Source: Octopus bimaculoides
Taxonomy: Eukaryota
Direction: 5' to 3'
Assembly (NCBI RefSeq): GCF_001194135.2
Contig: NC_068986.1
Coordinates: forward strand, 9,065,363 to 9,103,281
Length of the DNA: 37,919 bases
This document shows, piece after piece, positions 34,481-37,919 of this stretch. Numbering within the stretch: the stretch's first letter is position 1; each line of letters begins with the position of its first letter. The notes beneath the pieces were generated by a model, which ran no database searches, was not told the DNA's origin, and saw nothing but the letters and a program-made list of their open reading frames with translations. The position numbers were made by a program, and so were the translations under genes.

Positions 34481-36804
34481 CAAATATGCGATGGGCTTCT
34501 TTCAGTTTCTATCTATCAAATCCACTCTCAAGGCTTTGGTCAGCCCAAGGTTACAGAAAGGGTTGATAGAATAAGAATCAGTTAAGCACTGGGATGAACA
34601 TAAACATCCACTCCCCTCAAACAGCTGGCCCTGTGTCAAAATTTTAAATCATCACATTATTATTATTGTTGTTGGCAAACTGGCAGAATTATAAACACAT
34701 CAGACAAAATGCTCAGCAGTATTTTGTCTGCCTTTAAGTTCCAAGTTCAAATTCCACCAAGGTCGACTTTATCTTTCATCCCTTTGGGGCTGATAAGTAC
34801 TAGTTGGACACTGGTGTCAGTGTAATCAATATACTCCAAAATAGCTAGCCTTGTGCCAAAATTTAAAATCATCATCATTATTATTGACAACAAGTACAAA
34901 AGGCATCATTACTAAAAGACCAAATTACAAAAGAATACCTTTGCTGACACCTCAAGTTCGACCAGCCTGTCATGACTGGAACAATACCCAAAAGAAGATT
35001 ATCAAATTGTTGAAATACAAGATGCGACATGTAGAAAAGTGTAAACTAAAGAATTAATAGTTTTAAAACAAACAAACAAAAAATATTTAAATTCCAAGCA
35101 AAGGCAAGAAAAATCATAATAGTACCAGGCACAAGAGACAATCCCTGCAAAAATAGCGGCCTCTCAATTGGAGCATATAAAACTTTTACACAAAAACGAA
35201 ATACAAAAATAAAAGCAACTTTTTGTCTGCACTTGAGAAATATGGAATTAAGTATGTAATGTAGAAACAGTGATGTACTTAACAGGCAGATACTTAGCAA
35301 AACTTTCTAACAAAAAAAAACTATGTATAAACAAACTAAAGAAATGTTAAAATTCCATAATTCAAACAATCTGGAGAAAATTATAACAGTTCTTTCTAAG
35401 ACAAATTAAGGGAAGAGAGGAAAATAAGTTACTTTTGCAGATAATTATGTAATAAACAATTATTTTGGTTGTAGTGAAAGAAATATAAAATAAAACGCTG
35501 CCACTTTCCACCAGCTGAACATGATGAAGAGAACAAGGAACAGCTGCAAGACTAAGTATCGCAAAGTTTACACAACGAAGAATGAAACAAACCATTTACA
35601 GCTGGGAAAATAAAAAGGTCACATTTAAACGACGACCACCATCACCGATGCTGAATCAAAATATACATCATCTGATCATCAAATGCAACTTGGATATGAT
35701 GGCAGGAAATGCACAAACCCATACAAGAATCAGTTAATGCCATGAAGACTGCAAGACTTTCTTTAAAAAGGCAGCAATGTCAGAAACAAATCATTGATTA
35801 CCTTTAGGATTCTTTCTAGTCACATTGATATCAGAATGTTTTTTGGCTTTTGTTTTTTCGTACACAAAGATTAATCTTTTAGCATTCAGACTACTCTGTC
35901 AAATGTAATATTTATTTATTCCCATTGCTTTGAATTAATCATGCATTATCTCAGTTTGGAGATTTCAATGATGAGATTGTATATTTCTAGAATGACATTG
36001 TAGGATAGGTGTGAGAAGCCTGATCTGGCCAGTTTCAATGTTAAAGGGTTAAACAAACTCCGGGTAGTTAGATTTGGTACTGAATGAAAACAGAAGCTAC
36101 GGGCAAACACTATAGAAAATCACAGCTACTCAAAGATGACTTTTTTTTTTTTTTTGCATTAGAAATGAGAATAATAGAATTGGTTTGAATAAAAATGCTG
36201 GATTTAAAAGTCAATGAAGTCATTGAGATTAGAGTAAACCAATTAACAGCTAACTTTGAAGTCACTAAAGGTAGTAATTAAAGAATTACAGGTTAAGCTT
36301 TTTATTATTTTTCTTTAAACCACTTATATGTAAATGGAGCTGCAGAAATAAATTAGAAAGGAAAACCCAACCTACTGCAGACTTATCAAAGAAATTTAAT
36401 ATTTTAGCATCAATATCAAATTTAAAACAACAGAGAAAAGACTGCAGAGTAGAGCAGAAATTTAGGGTGTTCATAGGTCTGGACAGGGATAAAACAAATC
36501 AAAAAAGGATGCAATTATAGAGAAAAATAAATTTCATTCATTGTGTGCTGGACAGATGAGCTATAGCAACCTCTATAAATAGTAATTAAGATATGAGGCT
36601 TTCATGTAAATGTCAAGAGTATAATACAGAAATAATAGAGAAAAATTAATGATATAAATAACTGGAAAACAGTAAACCTCACAGATATAAAGGTGAATAC
36701 AGCATTCTATATAAGTGGGCGCATGTGTATGCACGCATATATCTATTTAGATATATTGTCCCACCCTTGCCAGCATGAATGGCAGACATTAAGTGATGAT
36801 GATA

Positions 36805-36925
36805 TGAGGGTGTGCTGAAAAGTTCCTGACTTTAAGGGCATTGCGAAAGGCCCAGTTGGAGACCCAACTTTCTCACTTCTTTATTGGGGTCTTTGAAAAA
36901 CTGAAGGAGTGTTGCAACAATTGTG
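36805..36925 (+). mobile_element. Mariner-derived MITE, left-end fragment
   Basis: TA|TGAGGGTGTGCTGAAAAGTTCC resembles the TIR at 14851. No right TIR is seen. Confidence 0.65.
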
Positions 36926-37880
36926 GCATTAAGTGGGAGGACCGCATCAGTGATCTTGAGATATTAGCCAAACCTGTTTTTGCAGAGTATTGGCAATGAA
37001 TGACACCCACTGAACGATAGCATCACTCATTTACAACTGATGCAATATCAAAACAAGGGGACACAAACACATAGGCCCACACACATACCTACAATATTTA
37101 CAACAGGCATTTTTCATTTTCTCTCCATCAAATCTACTCACAATGCTTTGATTGGCCTGAGGTTATGGAAGCCGAAGCTGTTGCTCAGCAAAACCCAAGT
37201 CCAAAACCATATGATTTGGAAGCAGTCTGCAAGCATATACATATGCATGCATCAACAATCACTGTAACAGGATTTCAACTGATGCCTTTACTCGAATGTC
37301 TTCTTGAGCATAAGTGGCACAGATGTGGCTTTTCAGTCCTGGTAGTGACCTACATACTTTTGCACAGATGTGGGAATGATGAGCACCTCTTACAGCAAGT
37401 GTTAAAGCCTTCATGGAATTTTCCAGTCAGTGTGTTTTGCCTTTCTCTGTTACAACCAGCCAGAGTATGCTACACATAATAGTAATGCTAAAAATCAAAC
37501 GCTGTTTTGCTTAAAGCTTTTTTAAGTGAAGAAAGGACTTGCGCAGGGCCTCCACTCCCTAAACAACGTATGCATTTGCTTATAAAGAAGAACTACTTTA
37601 CATCAATGGATGCAAACAAAGTTGCAAGTGTCACAGTTTACTTTCTAGAAAGACATCTAAACAAAGACTAGGGGCTCTCTCATTCCCAGCTGTTTGTTTG
37701 CCCATTGAGGTTTTGATTTTTGTCCTGCAGGGTGTCCAACAAAAGCCACCCGCCTTACCAAACAGGCTTGGTATGGTTGCTCTTTAGACACCAATAGCCC
37801 GATAGGCTGTAATGGCTACATTATATATATGTATACATAGATACACACATTTTATATATATAAATACACATGCACTTTTA

Positions 37881-37919
<39 letters not shown>

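Noticed and set aside
37731-37770. Plus-strand 40-nt exon (ctgcag| ... |GTATGG)
   Set aside because: Isolated, and it appears to lie in repeat-like sequence. No partner exons are supported.

Overview
Eukaryotic, AT-rich, repeat-dense genomic DNA. The SINE, MITE and LINE families look like those of an octopod cephalopod (probably Octopus); this is recognition from memory, not a database result. There are four assembly gaps: 909-918, 14762-14771, 15474-15885 and 17203-17774. Main content: (1) A 321-nt, phase 1-1, minus-strand exon (13606-13926) encoding an intact ADAR2/NF90-class double-stranded RNA-binding domain. I found no partner exons and no deaminase domain in the window. (2) A minus-strand gene of many small exons (about 27.9 kb down to a stop at 16558), assembled by hand from splice sites and phase matching, with a weak resemblance to FANCC. 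One of its exons is phase-compatible with the dsRBD exon. (3) A decayed RTE-type LINE, a full-length decayed mariner with TIRs and TA duplication, hAT- and piggyBac-type MITEs (one nested), and four interspersed SINE-like families. Several of these copies form inverted pairs that could make dsRNA. (4) A Penelope-type minimal hammerhead ribozyme motif. (5) Two CpG-rich, possibly divergent first exons near the left end. No CRISPR array, rRNA or intact tRNA is supported. All exon joins are inferred and need RNA-seq.
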